Assembly: GCA_050945215.1 (NCBI GenBank)
Contig: JBMNSN010000005.1
Span: 6,440-70,439, forward strand
Reading direction: 5' to 3'
Length of the DNA stretch: 64,000 nt
Origin: Fermentimonas sp.
GTDB lineage: Bacteria > Bacteroidota > Bacteroidia > Bacteroidales > Dysgonomonadaceae
Part shown: piece after piece, positions 41,920 through 50,957 of the stretch
How the letters are laid out: the number at the start of each line of letters is the position of its first letter
How positions within the stretch are numbered: position 1 is the first letter of the stretch
Made by a program: the position numbers and the translations under genes
Notes under the pieces: model-generated
What the model saw: only the letters and a program-made list of their open reading frames with translations
The model's database searches: none
What the model was told of the DNA's origin: nothing

Positions 41920-42824
41920 AACTTACCCTAATACCCTATGGTGGTCTGGCAAACAGAATGAAAGCAATAGACTCGCTTATCCGTATGACGAGTGAAATAA
42001 ATAGTGGTATTGAGACAGGTGTCTTTGAAGATTCAAATGTAGAAGCACATAACATAAGCTCCAGAAATGACAATGTTTTTGAATCATACATTGTATGGTT
42101 TGAAGACAATCACTTGAATTGCCCTTTCGAACGCATCTTTGAACCTATATCAATGCCACATATTAGTATTAGAAATGCCAATATCACAGACTATTTAATC
42201 AACGACAGGCCAAGAAAGAAGAATCTGTTTGTTCCTTCCCTCTTTCAGAAGGTTATCTATAATGCTTCGATTCATGAAAATGATGTGACAATCAAAGCAA
42301 AAAGCGGCTTCGACTTTAAGGAATGGGCAATAACCAATAAAAAGACAATACTGTCATCTTGTGTTAGGTTTTATGACCATGATTATACATCAAACTACTC
42401 AAACTTCAGGCCTACTGAAGAGTTACGCAAACGAATTGATGAGGTCTGCAGCATCTTCTCATCGCGAACAATAGGCATACATATAAGAAGAACAGATCAC
42501 AATATTTCCATTAGCAAGAGTCCGACTTCGCTATTCATTGACAGGATGAAACAAGAAATACTTTTGGATAACAATGTGAGATTTTATTTGGCAAGTGATT
42601 CGCAAGAGGTTAAAAAAGAGCTGTTGGATGAATTTGGGGATGACAGGATAATAACATCAAACAAGTTGGTTACACGCAACACGTCGGAAGGTATTGAGGA
42701 TGCTGTGGTTGAGTTGTATGTTTTATCACGAACTAATAAAATAATAGGGTCTTTTGGAAGTACTTATTCATACTTAGCTGCAGAAATAGGAGGTATAGCA
42801 TTGGAAATAATCGAATCTAAATAA
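41916..42824 (+). CDS. Putative GDP-sugar glycosyltransferase of the fucosyltransferase-like superfamily (GT11/GT23/O-FucT-like motifs)
   Basis: 302 aa. It has N-terminal PYGGLANRM (compare GGLGNQM), GIHIRRTDH (compare HxRRxD) and C-terminal IGSFGSTYSYLAA (compare SNSTFSWWAA). The ATG overlaps the MBL stop (ATGA). Confidence 0.45.
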   Translation: MKLTLIPYGGLANRMKAIDSLIRMTSEINSGIETGVFEDSNVEAHNISSRNDNVFESYIVWFEDNHLNCPFERIFEPISMPHISIRNANITDYLINDRPRKKNLFVPSLFQKVIYNASIHENDVTIKAKSGFDFKEWAITNKKTILSSCVRFYDHDYTSNYSNFRPTEELRKRIDEVCSIFSSRTIGIHIRRTDHNISISKSPTSLFIDRMKQEILLDNNVRFYLASDSQEVKKELLDEFGDDRIITSNKLVTRNTSEGIEDAVVELYVLSRTNKIIGSFGSTYSYLAAEIGGIALEIIESK

Positions 42825-42825
42825 T

Positions 42826-43722
42826 ATGTCAGCATCACCCATACTTTTATTTGTTTATAACAGACCCGCACACACACTAAAGACATTGGAGGCGTTGAGA
42901 AAAAACCATCTGAGCGAGAGTAGCAAGTTGTATGTTTTTTCCGACGGAGCTAAGTGTGATAAGGATAAGGAAAAGGTGGGCGAAGTGCGCAAGTTAATTC
43001 AATCTATTAATGGCTTTAAAGAAGTTGAGATAATAGAGAGAAGGGAAAATTTTGGGTTAGCAAAAAACATCATAAATGGAGTCACGGATATCATTAACGA
43101 GCATGGAAAAGTTATAGTAGTGGAAGATGACTTGATTTCATCACCATGGTTTCTCACTTTTATGAATGAGGCTTTGGAAAAGTATGAGGATGAACCTAAG
43201 ATTGGCCATATTCAAGGTTTTTTCTTCCCTATCGACAATCTTCCTGATGCATTCCTGATAAGATGGACAGGCAGTTGGGGCTGGGGAACATGGAAAGATT
43301 CGTGGAAATATTTTAACCCTAACGGAAAAGAGTTGCTAAAAGAATTGGAAGGCAGAAGGCTTACTAAAGAGTTTGACTTTAATGGCAAATATCCATTCAC
43401 TCGCATGCTACGAAGACAGGTGAATGGAGAAAACGACTCATGGGCAATTAGGTGGAATGCGTCGCTTTTCTTGAATGGCATACTGTCACTAAACGCAGGC
43501 AAGTCACTAATAAACAATATTGGGTTTGATGGTAGCGGAGTGCACAGCGGTAGCGATGAAATATACACTACACCGCTATATGATAGGAAGTTGGAGATTG
43601 ATATTGATAAGATAGAGGAAAATTTGGTTGCGAGGAAAGCTATAGAGAAATATCACTCTAAAACATATTCACTATGGAGCAAAGGTATGAGACGATTAAA
43701 AGGCATTATCAAAAATATTTGA
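42826..43722 (+). CDS. GT-A fold glycosyltransferase (GT2-like)
   Basis: 298 aa. N-terminus ILLFVYNRPAHTLKTLEAL with EDDL as a DxD-type motif. Starts 1 nt after the previous stop. Confidence 0.62.
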   Translation: MSASPILLFVYNRPAHTLKTLEALRKNHLSESSKLYVFSDGAKCDKDKEKVGEVRKLIQSINGFKEVEIIERRENFGLAKNIINGVTDIINEHGKVIVVEDDLISSPWFLTFMNEALEKYEDEPKIGHIQGFFFPIDNLPDAFLIRWTGSWGWGTWKDSWKYFNPNGKELLKELEGRRLTKEFDFNGKYPFTRMLRRQVNGENDSWAIRWNASLFLNGILSLNAGKSLINNIGFDGSGVHSGSDEIYTTPLYDRKLEIDIDKIEENLVARKAIEKYHSKTYSLWSKGMRRLKGIIKNI

Positions 43723-43726
43723 TTTT

Positions 43727-44959
43727 ATGAATGTTCTCTTTATCAGTACTTCAGACTTAAGAGGGGGTGCAGCTATTGCAGCATACAGGCTGATGAAAGC
43801 ACTTCAAGCATCGGGAATTGATGTCAAGATGCTTGTAAGAGAGAAATTATCTGATGATGACAATGTTATAAAGATAGGCAATAACATACACAACAAGTAT
43901 AACTTCTATAAGGAGCGCGCCGATATATTCTTAAGAAATGGGTTGAAAAGAGGTAAGCTTTTTGATGTTTCTATAGCAAACACAGGCATTTCTATTACCA
44001 AGATGAAAGAGTTTGAGGAGGCAGACATCGTTCATCTGCATTGGATAAACCAAGGTATGCTGTCGCTCAAAGAGATAGGCAGGATAGTTGAATCGGACAA
44101 GAAAGTTGTATGGACTATGCACGATATGTGGCCGTTTACCGGTATTTGTCACCATGCTACAACATGTAACAACTATCATACATCTTGCGGTCATTGCAAA
44201 TATCTTCAATCTTCTTTCGAGAAAGACCTATCGCAAAGCATTTTTTCTGAGAAACTAAAGGTATTCAACAAGTCAAGAATCACTTTCGTAGCTTGTAGCA
44301 AATGGCTGAAAGAGCAAGCCGTAGTATCTCCTTTGACTCACAATCATAAAGTTGTATCTATCCCAAACCCTATAGATACTAAGGTGTATAGTCCCGGCTC
44401 GAAGGAAGAAGCACGAAAAAGACTTCAGTTGCCACAAGATAAAAAACTAATACTATTCGCCGCCATGAAGGCATCAGACAAGCGCAAAGGGATGGATCAC
44501 TTAGTGCGGGCATGCAATATACTGGCAACTCGAGGGGTGGATATTGATTGTGTAATTGCAGGGGAAAATGGAACTGAAATGGCCCAAGTCTTCAATTTGC
44601 CTGTACATGCCGTAGGATGGGTATCTCAAGAAAAAATGAAGCATCTTTACACTGCTGTCGATCTGTTTGTCACTCCTTCACTGCAAGAGAACCTACCCAA
44701 CACCATAATGGAAGCTATGGCATGTGGCACTCCATGTGTGGGGTTCAATATTGGAGGTATTCCAGAAATGATTGACCATGGCAGAACTGGGTACGTAGCC
44801 AAGTATAAAGATTACAACGACCTGGCCAATGGGATATATCAGACACTCTATGAGTCAGATAAAGATATTCTTTCGGCAAATGCCAGACAGAAAGTTCTGG
44901 ATACTTACTCGCAAGAGGTGGTCAGCAGGCAATATATCGATATTTTCAATCAACCATGA
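43727..44959 (+). CDS. Glycosyltransferase family 4 (GT-B, Glycos_transf_1)
   Basis: 410 aa. C-terminal signature PSLQENLPNTIMEAMACGTPCVGFNIGGIPEMI. Confidence 0.88.
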   Translation: MNVLFISTSDLRGGAAIAAYRLMKALQASGIDVKMLVREKLSDDDNVIKIGNNIHNKYNFYKERADIFLRNGLKRGKLFDVSIANTGISITKMKEFEEADIVHLHWINQGMLSLKEIGRIVESDKKVVWTMHDMWPFTGICHHATTCNNYHTSCGHCKYLQSSFEKDLSQSIFSEKLKVFNKSRITFVACSKWLKEQAVVSPLTHNHKVVSIPNPIDTKVYSPGSKEEARKRLQLPQDKKLILFAAMKASDKRKGMDHLVRACNILATRGVDIDCVIAGENGTEMAQVFNLPVHAVGWVSQEKMKHLYTAVDLFVTPSLQENLPNTIMEAMACGTPCVGFNIGGIPEMIDHGRTGYVAKYKDYNDLANGIYQTLYESDKDILSANARQKVLDTYSQEVVSRQYIDIFNQP

Positions 44960-45696
44960 ATATGAAAACACTATCTGTAATAACTGTGACATACAATGCA
45001 GAGAATACTTTACCAAGGACAATGAAAAGTGTTTCGGAGCAGACTTATGACGGCATAGAGCATATAATTGTTGATGGTAGATCGAAAGATGGTACTGTGG
45101 AGTTGATTGAACAATACGACAGGGAGGGATTAACTTGGATAAGCGAGCCGGATAGTGGTCTGTATGACGCGATGAATAAGGGTATAGATATGGCAAAAGG
45201 TGATTATCTATGCTTTTTGAATGCAGGTGATGCTTTTTATTCTAAGGATACTGTAGCTAATTTTATGAAGCAGATAGATAGTGAGGGTATCACTCCGGAC
45301 ATTATTTATGGCGAAACTGCCATCATTGATAATAACGGCAAGTTTCTTAGGATGAGAAGGCTAAAAGCTCCTAAAAGGCTGAGTTGGAAAAGCTTTAAGA
45401 ATGGTATGGTGGTGTGTCATCAGGCATTTATTGTAAATAGAAGAATGGTAAATCATTATGATTTGAAATATAGGTTCTCATCTGATGTAGATTGGTGCAT
45501 ACGCATGATGAAACAGGCTGAAGTTATATATAATACTAACATGATTCTTATTAATTATTTGAGTGAGGGTATCACTACAGATAATCATAAGGCATCACTA
45601 AAAGAAAGGTATAGTATTATGGTTGAGCATTATGGTTGGGCATCGACCTTTGCTCATCACTTGTGGTTTGCCCTAAGAGCAATTATTAAAAAGTAG
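44956..45696 (+). CDS. Glycosyltransferase family 2
   Basis: N-terminus LSVITVTYNAENTLPRTMKSVSEQTY...HIIVDGRSKDGT and DSGLYDAMNKG. The ATG overlaps the GT4 stop (ATGA). Confidence 0.88.
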   Translation: MNMKTLSVITVTYNAENTLPRTMKSVSEQTYDGIEHIIVDGRSKDGTVELIEQYDREGLTWISEPDSGLYDAMNKGIDMAKGDYLCFLNAGDAFYSKDTVANFMKQIDSEGITPDIIYGETAIIDNNGKFLRMRRLKAPKRLSWKSFKNGMVVCHQAFIVNRRMVNHYDLKYRFSSDVDWCIRMMKQAEVIYNTNMILINYLSEGITTDNHKASLKERYSIMVEHYGWASTFAHHLWFALRAIIKK

Positions 45697-46245
45697 ATGA
45701 TGAATAGACGCAAGCTTAAAGTTGAGGAATTAAACAGGATAAGTATCGAAGAGTTCAAAGACTCCAATAAGATACCTTTGGTGGTTGTTTTGGATAATAT
45801 AAGGAGCTTAAACAATATAGGTTCGGTTTTTCGCACATGCGATGCCTTCAGATTGGAAGAGATAATATTGTGTGGAATAACTGCCACGCCTCCAAACGTT
45901 GAGATTCACAAAACTGCACTTGGGGCAGAGAACTCAATGAATTGGCGCTATTTTGATGAAACAATATCTGCCATTTATGACTTGAAGGACAAAGGATATG
46001 AGGTATATTCTATTGAGCAGACTGAAAACAGCATCCCTTTAGAGTCATTCTCTATAGTACCTACTGATAAATATGCAATCGTCTTTGGACATGAAGTACA
46101 TGGGGTCAGTCAGGATGTTATTGACGCTTCGAACGGAAGCATAGAGATTCCTCAATTTGGGACTAAGCACTCATTAAATATTTCTGTTTCGGCGGGAATA
46201 GTGATATGGGATATTTTTAAACAGTATTTAGCTAATATGGTATAG
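45697..46245 (+). CDS. SpoU/TrmH-family RNA 2'-O-methyltransferase (short form)
   Basis: 182 aa with SpoU motifs NIGSVFRTCDAF, AIVFGHEVHGV and SLNISVSAGIVIW. The ATG directly abuts the GT2 stop. Confidence 0.8.
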   Translation: MMNRRKLKVEELNRISIEEFKDSNKIPLVVVLDNIRSLNNIGSVFRTCDAFRLEEIILCGITATPPNVEIHKTALGAENSMNWRYFDETISAIYDLKDKGYEVYSIEQTENSIPLESFSIVPTDKYAIVFGHEVHGVSQDVIDASNGSIEIPQFGTKHSLNISVSAGIVIWDIFKQYLANMV

Positions 46246-46250
46246 TGTTT

Positions 46251-46994
46251 TTAATCTTCCCATATCTTCAGCTTCATCTCTGTGCCATTAAACTCGGCAT
46301 ACGAGAATATTGTTATCCAGTCTCCTAATATTATTACATTACTGCTATCAGTCAATGGATAGTCGAGCAATATATGTCTGTGTCCGTAAACAAAATAGTT
46401 GATGTCCGATTCTTGTAAAAGCTTTGATTTAGAAAACTTTATCAGGTGTTCCTTATCTTCGCCCATGAAGTTGTATATCTCTCCTGTTCTCCTACTTCTG
46501 GCAGACCAGCTATGAGCTAAAGGCATTGTCCACCGGGGGTGTATTGCAGAGAAGCATTTTCGCAAGAACTTGTTGTGAAAGACTCTTCGAAGAAAGTGGA
46601 ATGACTTGGATTCATCACCTAATCCATCACCATGGGCAAGAAAGAACTTTTTACCATATATCTCAGTAATAAGTGGATCAACATGAGTTATCATACCACA
46701 TTCAGTAGATAGATAGTCAGTAAGCCAGAGGTCGTGATTGCCAATGAAAAAATGGACATCAACCCCCATATCTGTAATTTCACCTATCTTACCAAGCACT
46801 CTCGTGAACCCCTTTGGAACGACATACTTGTACTCGAACCAGTAGTCGAATATATCTCCCATGAGATATATGGCTTCAGCATCATGCTTAATACTATCGA
46901 GCCATCTACAGAACTTGCGCTCTGCATCTAATGTGCTTGCATGAGTAGCTGCTCCAAAATGAGCATCAGATACAAAGTATATTTTTTTATTCAC
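46251..46994 (-). CDS. lpxH: UDP-2,3-diacylglucosamine diphosphatase
   Basis: 247 aa with metallophosphoesterase motifs in LpxH arrangement: FVSDAHFG, MGDIFDYWFEY, GNHDLW and AHGDG. Confidence 0.82.
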   Translation of the reverse strand: MNKKIYFVSDAHFGAATHASTLDAERKFCRWLDSIKHDAEAIYLMGDIFDYWFEYKYVVPKGFTRVLGKIGEITDMGVDVHFFIGNHDLWLTDYLSTECGMITHVDPLITEIYGKKFFLAHGDGLGDESKSFHFLRRVFHNKFLRKCFSAIHPRWTMPLAHSWSARSRRTGEIYNFMGEDKEHLIKFSKSKLLQESDINYFVYGHRHILLDYPLTDSSNVIILGDWITIFSYAEFNGTEMKLKIWED

Positions 46995-47035
46995 CTCAAC
47001 GACAGTTCGACACCTTTATGTATAAACATTATATA

Positions 47036-47353
47036 TTACAACATTCCCAGCTCCAACATGGCTTCTTCGGACATCATGGAATGATCCCAAGGCGGGTCGA
47101 AGGTGAGATTGAGGTTGACACTGTTAACCTCATCGATGGACTCTACTTTCATCTGAACGTCCATGAGTATAAAGTCTGCTGCCGGACATGCCGGTGAGGT
47201 AAATGTCATCTCAATAGTTACATTATTATCCTTATCTATGTCTACATCATATATCATGCCTAAGTCATAGATATTTACAGGTATTTCGGGATCATATACA
47301 GTGCGGAGCATCTCCACTATTTTATCTTGTAAGTTTTGAAGTTCTTCGTTCAT
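47036..47353 (-). CDS. DUF59/MIP18-family Fe-S assembly protein (SufT/PaaD-like)
   Basis: 105 aa with VYDPEIPVNIYDLGMIYDV and a TSPACP Cys motif. Confidence 0.8.
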   Translation of the reverse strand: MNEELQNLQDKIVEMLRTVYDPEIPVNIYDLGMIYDVDIDKDNNVTIEMTFTSPACPAADFILMDVQMKVESIDEVNSVNLNLTFDPPWDHSMMSEEAMLELGML

Positions 47354-47405
47354 AATTTCAATTTTACTATTAAACCAAATAGTTTAGGAAATGTTTATTC
47401 AAGCA

Positions 47406-48095
47406 CTATAAGATTCCGTTATCAGCAAAACTATAATAGTTGCTTCCACAAACAATTATATGGTCGAGCAGAATTATATCCATCAACTTTGCAGCATCTT
47501 TTAGTTTATTAGTGACTTGTTCATCTAATGAACTGGGACGACAGTTCTCTGATGGATGATTATGGCCCAAAAATATCCCGGAAGCATAACAATTTAGGGC
47601 TTCGCGAAGTACAATCCTTATGTCTATAGTGCTACCTGATATTCCTCCAGTGCTTATTCTTTTGGATTTTATTACCTTATTGGACCTATCGGTGAAAAGA
47701 GTCCAGACTTCTTCGTGGTTTAAATCTGTAAGCATTGGTGCAAACTCTTCATAGGCAATCCTGGAAGAAGTTATCTTTCGTCTTTCTTCCACTCCTCCAG
47801 TTTTTCGCCTTCGCCCAAGTTCCAAAGCAGCAATGATAGATACAGCCTTGGCTTCGCCAATGCCTTTGTATTTTTGTGTTAAATCGTAAACGTCCTTCTT
47901 AGCTAGAGTATTAAGGTCGTTATTGTTGGTGCTTAGGATACGTTTACTTAGCTCAACGGCAGACTCTTCATTATTCCCTGAACCTATCAGTATTGCTATC
48001 AATTCAGCATTTGACAATGAAGTGACACCTTTTAGTAGGAGCTTTTCTCTCGGTCGGTCCTCTTCAGCCCACTCTTTGATACTAAGTTTACCCAT
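47406..48095 (-). CDS. radC: RadC-family JAB/MPN domain protein
   Basis: 229 aa. N-terminal HhH region (RPREKLLLKG...LSNAELIAILIGSG) and JAMM motif HNHPSENCRPSSLD. Confidence 0.88.
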   Translation of the reverse strand: MGKLSIKEWAEEDRPREKLLLKGVTSLSNAELIAILIGSGNNEESAVELSKRILSTNNNDLNTLAKKDVYDLTQKYKGIGEAKAVSIIAALELGRRRKTGGVEERRKITSSRIAYEEFAPMLTDLNHEEVWTLFTDRSNKVIKSKRISTGGISGSTIDIRIVLREALNCYASGIFLGHNHPSENCRPSSLDEQVTNKLKDAAKLMDIILLDHIIVCGSNYYSFADNGIL

Positions 48096-48118
48096 AGAAA
48101 AAGAAAGGTAGAGAAAGC

Positions 48119-48682
48119 TTATTTAGCTCTCTCTACGTATGATCCATCACGAGTATCTACTTTTATCTTTTCTCCGTTGTCGATAAATAGAGGTACTCTA
48201 ATTTCTGCACCGGTTTCAAGAGTTGCCGGCTTCAAGGCATTTGTTGCAGTATCGCCTTTGATTCCGGGTTCGGTGTATGTAACCTCCAATATTACGTGTA
48301 CAGGCATCTCAGCTGTTAATACTGTGCCACTATCGGCATGTATCTGAACGTCAACTATATCGCCCTCCTTTAGGAACTGAACCCCTTCTATCTGTTCTGC
48401 AGGAATAGGTATTTGTTCGAAAGTCTCAGTGTTCATAAAAACGTAGCCTAAATCGTCTTGATAGAGATATTGATATGGACGACGCTCAATGCGAACCTCA
48501 TCAATCTTTACGCCGGCACTAAATGTTTTATCTAACACACGACCTGTTGTTACATTTTTTAATTTAGTTCTAACGAATGCAGCTCCTTTACCTGGTTTAA
48601 CATGTAGGAATTCAACGACAAAATAGTACTGACCATCAACATCAAGGCACATACCATTCCTTATATCAGCAGTTGTTGCCAT
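48119..48682 (-). CDS. efp: Elongation factor P
   Basis: 187 aa with loop [16 protein letters not shown] and a three-domain layout. Confidence 0.96.
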   Translation of the reverse strand: MATTADIRNGMCLDVDGQYYFVVEFLHVKPGKGAAFVRTKLKNVTTGRVLDKTFSAGVKIDEVRIERRPYQYLYQDDLGYVFMNTETFEQIPIPAEQIEGVQFLKEGDIVDVQIHADSGTVLTAEMPVHVILEVTYTEPGIKGDTATNALKPATLETGAEIRVPLFIDNGEKIKVDTRDGSYVERAK

Positions 48683-48726
48683 AAATTATCTTTTTATTCT
48701 TGTTTATAAATTGTTGTATATGAGTA

Positions 48727-48734
48727 CAAAAGTA
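48727..48734 (-). promoter_or_regulatory. -7 box (TACTTTTG on minus strand) for efp
   Basis: Plus strand reads CAAAAGTA, 45 nt upstream of ATG 48682. It is embedded in the palindrome tgagtac-aaaa-gtactca. Confidence 0.4.
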
Positions 48735-48767
48735 CTCATCTATAACGAAAAATGCAAATGCTTTTGA

Positions 48768-50078
48768 CTACAACACCTTTGCTGCATCTAAAACCATCTT
48801 TACTATAAACAGTACAAATATTACCCACATTGTGGTGGACACTTGTTTTATTTTACCACTTAACACCTTTAGTATCACGAATGACAACATACCAAATACA
48901 ATACCTTGAGCTATGCTGAAAGCAAAAGGCATCATAACTATTGTAAGAAATGCAGGTAATGACTCAGTCATATCTTCGAAGTTTATCTTAACAACTGATG
49001 TTATCATGAAAAGTCCCACAAGAATTAGAGCAGGTGCAGTTGCAGACGCAGGCACTATAAGAAACAGCGGAGCTAAAAACAAGGACAAACCGAACATTAT
49101 TGCAGTAGAAAAAGCTGTGAGCCCGGTGCGACCTCCTGCAGCAACACCAGATGCACTCTCAACGTATGATGTTACAGTACTTGTTCCTATCATGGCGCCA
49201 AAAGTGGTTCCAAGAGCATCGGCAAAAAGAGCCTTTTTTAGTTGCGGGAAATTACCTTCTTTGTCAGTGATTCCTATTTTTGATGCTACACCCAACAGTG
49301 TACCAATAGTATCGAACAGATTGACAAAAAGGAAGGTGAAAACCACAATAAGCATGTCGAGTGAGAATATATTATGCCACTCAAACTTCATAAAGACGGG
49401 AGACATACTGGGCGGAATAGAAACCACACTGCCTGATGGCATTGAAGTCAGCCCAAGGATTATGGCAAAAATTGTTGCTACTACAATCCCTATTAAAAAT
49501 GCTCCATGCACATTTTTGTAGTATAATACTGCTGTAAGGAATAATCCAACTAATGCTACCCAAACATGAGGGTCGGACATTTCGCCCAAGCCCAACATTG
49601 TGTTTTCATTAGCGACAACAAGACCTGCATTTTGCAGTCCAAGGAACGTTATGAACAATCCAATACCCACAGGTATTGCATTCTTTATAGTACTTGGAAT
49701 ACTTTTTACAATAAGTTCTCTTACGTTGAAGAATGTGAGCAGCACAAATATGATTCCTTCAATGAAAACAGCGGTAAGAGCCATTTGCCAAGAATACCCC
49801 AGTCCTAACACCACTGAGAAAGCAAAGAATGAGTTTAATCCCATTCCGGGTGCTTGTGCTATGGGGACGTTTGGAATAAACGCCATGAGAAGCGAACCAA
49901 TCATACTGGCTAATGCAGTTGCAGTAAACAGGGCCGACTTATCCATTCCTGATGCACTAAGAATATTTGGATTGACAACCAGTATATAAGACATCGTCAG
50001 GAAGGTTATCACACCGGCTATTAATTCTGTTCTAACAGTTGTATTGTTTTCTTTTAACTTGAATAATTTGTCTAACAT
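48768..50078 (-). CDS. NCS2/AzgA-family nucleobase (adenine/guanine/hypoxanthine) permease
   Basis: 436 aa with about 12-13 TM helices. The N-terminus FKLKENNTTVRTELIAGVITFLTMSYILVVNP is typical of AzgA/PbuG-type permeases. Confidence 0.88.
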   Translation of the reverse strand: MLDKLFKLKENNTTVRTELIAGVITFLTMSYILVVNPNILSASGMDKSALFTATALASMIGSLLMAFIPNVPIAQAPGMGLNSFFAFSVVLGLGYSWQMALTAVFIEGIIFVLLTFFNVRELIVKSIPSTIKNAIPVGIGLFITFLGLQNAGLVVANENTMLGLGEMSDPHVWVALVGLFLTAVLYYKNVHGAFLIGIVVATIFAIILGLTSMPSGSVVSIPPSMSPVFMKFEWHNIFSLDMLIVVFTFLFVNLFDTIGTLLGVASKIGITDKEGNFPQLKKALFADALGTTFGAMIGTSTVTSYVESASGVAAGGRTGLTAFSTAIMFGLSLFLAPLFLIVPASATAPALILVGLFMITSVVKINFEDMTESLPAFLTIVMMPFAFSIAQGIVFGMLSFVILKVLSGKIKQVSTTMWVIFVLFIVKMVLDAAKVL

Positions 50079-50096
50079 AGGGGATAGATTTTGACA

Positions 50097-50828
50097 TTAA
50101 AAATTCCACTTGGTTGCTATAGTAGGTATAGCATAAAACTTACTCTCTACGAATTTGTTGACGAAATTGTAGCTCAACTCAATCTCGCTACCTACAGATA
50201 AATGGTCGGTGATATTGTACCATATCTGCGGCTCACTTAAGATAATAACCTTTTTACCACTCTCATCTGCTCCACCAGTATATGACTTATCCTCTGTCCA
50301 TAGATCGAAAAAGCCTATAAGCGTAAGTTTGTTATTTGCAAGAGAAGCATTCCAAGTGAAAGTCCATTGTACATCATGGCTATTCTCAGGGAACGCATTT
50401 AGTTTGTATGCAACATAGGTGTTCATGAAAAAACTACCCAGTTGGAATGGATAGCCAAACCCGGCAAGATATGAACTTGGAATGGAAAAGCCTGAGCCAT
50501 CTGAGCCTCTGACAATGCCTAATCCTCCATTATACTCGATGTGAGGCAGTAATGGAAAGTCTTTAATCTTGAACTCTCTGGCAATCTCACCATAGACTAA
50601 ACCGATATTTCTTTTATCTCCGTTTAAATCAAAATCAACAAACATAAAAGTGTTACCCCAATTATCGGGTTTATACATTTCAAACGTTGCTGTGAGATAA
50701 TTTATTCGCGATACGTCATCGCCATAGAGTGAATTACGAGGATCGAAGTGCAGTTGCAGGTTTTGTGCATGCAAGTTTCCCATAATAACTACTAAAAGGG
50801 AAACGATTAGTGTTGCTTTACGTAACAT
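50097..50828 (-). CDS. Secreted ~240-aa outer-membrane beta-barrel protein (DUF5020 / Tsx-like)
   Basis: Signal peptide MLRKATLIVSLLVVIMGNLHAQ, an alternating beta-strand pattern and a C-terminal ...TKWNF. Start moved from the track's 50879 to 50828, because a -7 box sits at 50866-50873 and the signal peptide begins at this Met. Confidence 0.62.
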   Translation of the reverse strand: MLRKATLIVSLLVVIMGNLHAQNLQLHFDPRNSLYGDDVSRINYLTATFEMYKPDNWGNTFMFVDFDLNGDKRNIGLVYGEIAREFKIKDFPLLPHIEYNGGLGIVRGSDGSGFSIPSSYLAGFGYPFQLGSFFMNTYVAYKLNAFPENSHDVQWTFTWNASLANNKLTLIGFFDLWTEDKSYTGGADESGKKVIILSEPQIWYNITDHLSVGSEIELSYNFVNKFVESKFYAIPTIATKWNF

Positions 50829-50865
50829 AGAGGAAAATAATGAAATATTGTTTAAAATTCTCGAG

Positions 50866-50873
50866 CAAAAGTA
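50866..50873 (-). promoter_or_regulatory. -7 box (TACTTTTG on minus strand) for the beta-barrel/permease pair
   Basis: Plus strand reads CAAAAGTA, 38 nt upstream of ATG 50828. Confidence 0.45.
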
Positions 50874-50924
50874 ATACATTTTTATATTTTACGATACCTC
50901 TAATATGATAAAGTATAAATTTAG

Positions 50925-50932
50925 TAACTTTG
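50925..50932 (+). promoter_or_regulatory. -7 box TAACTTTG for cysS
   Basis: TAnnTTTG match 25 nt before ATG 50958. Confidence 0.45.
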
Positions 50933-50957
50933 TAAGTAAATGATATGTAATGAAGTT

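Noticed and set aside
48721-48738. Palindrome tgagtac-aaaa-gtactca between the permease stop and efp
   Set aside because: The stem is only 7 bp and no U-run follows on the minus strand, so it is a weak terminator candidate. It coincides with the efp -7 box, and the symmetry may be incidental.
48913-49521. A 202-aa ORF on the plus strand entirely inside the NCS2 permease gene
   Set aside because: It is antisense to a confidently identified membrane protein. The composition (Ala/Pro/Ser/Thr/Ile-rich, no motifs) is typical of a shadow ORF. No promoter box lies upstream.
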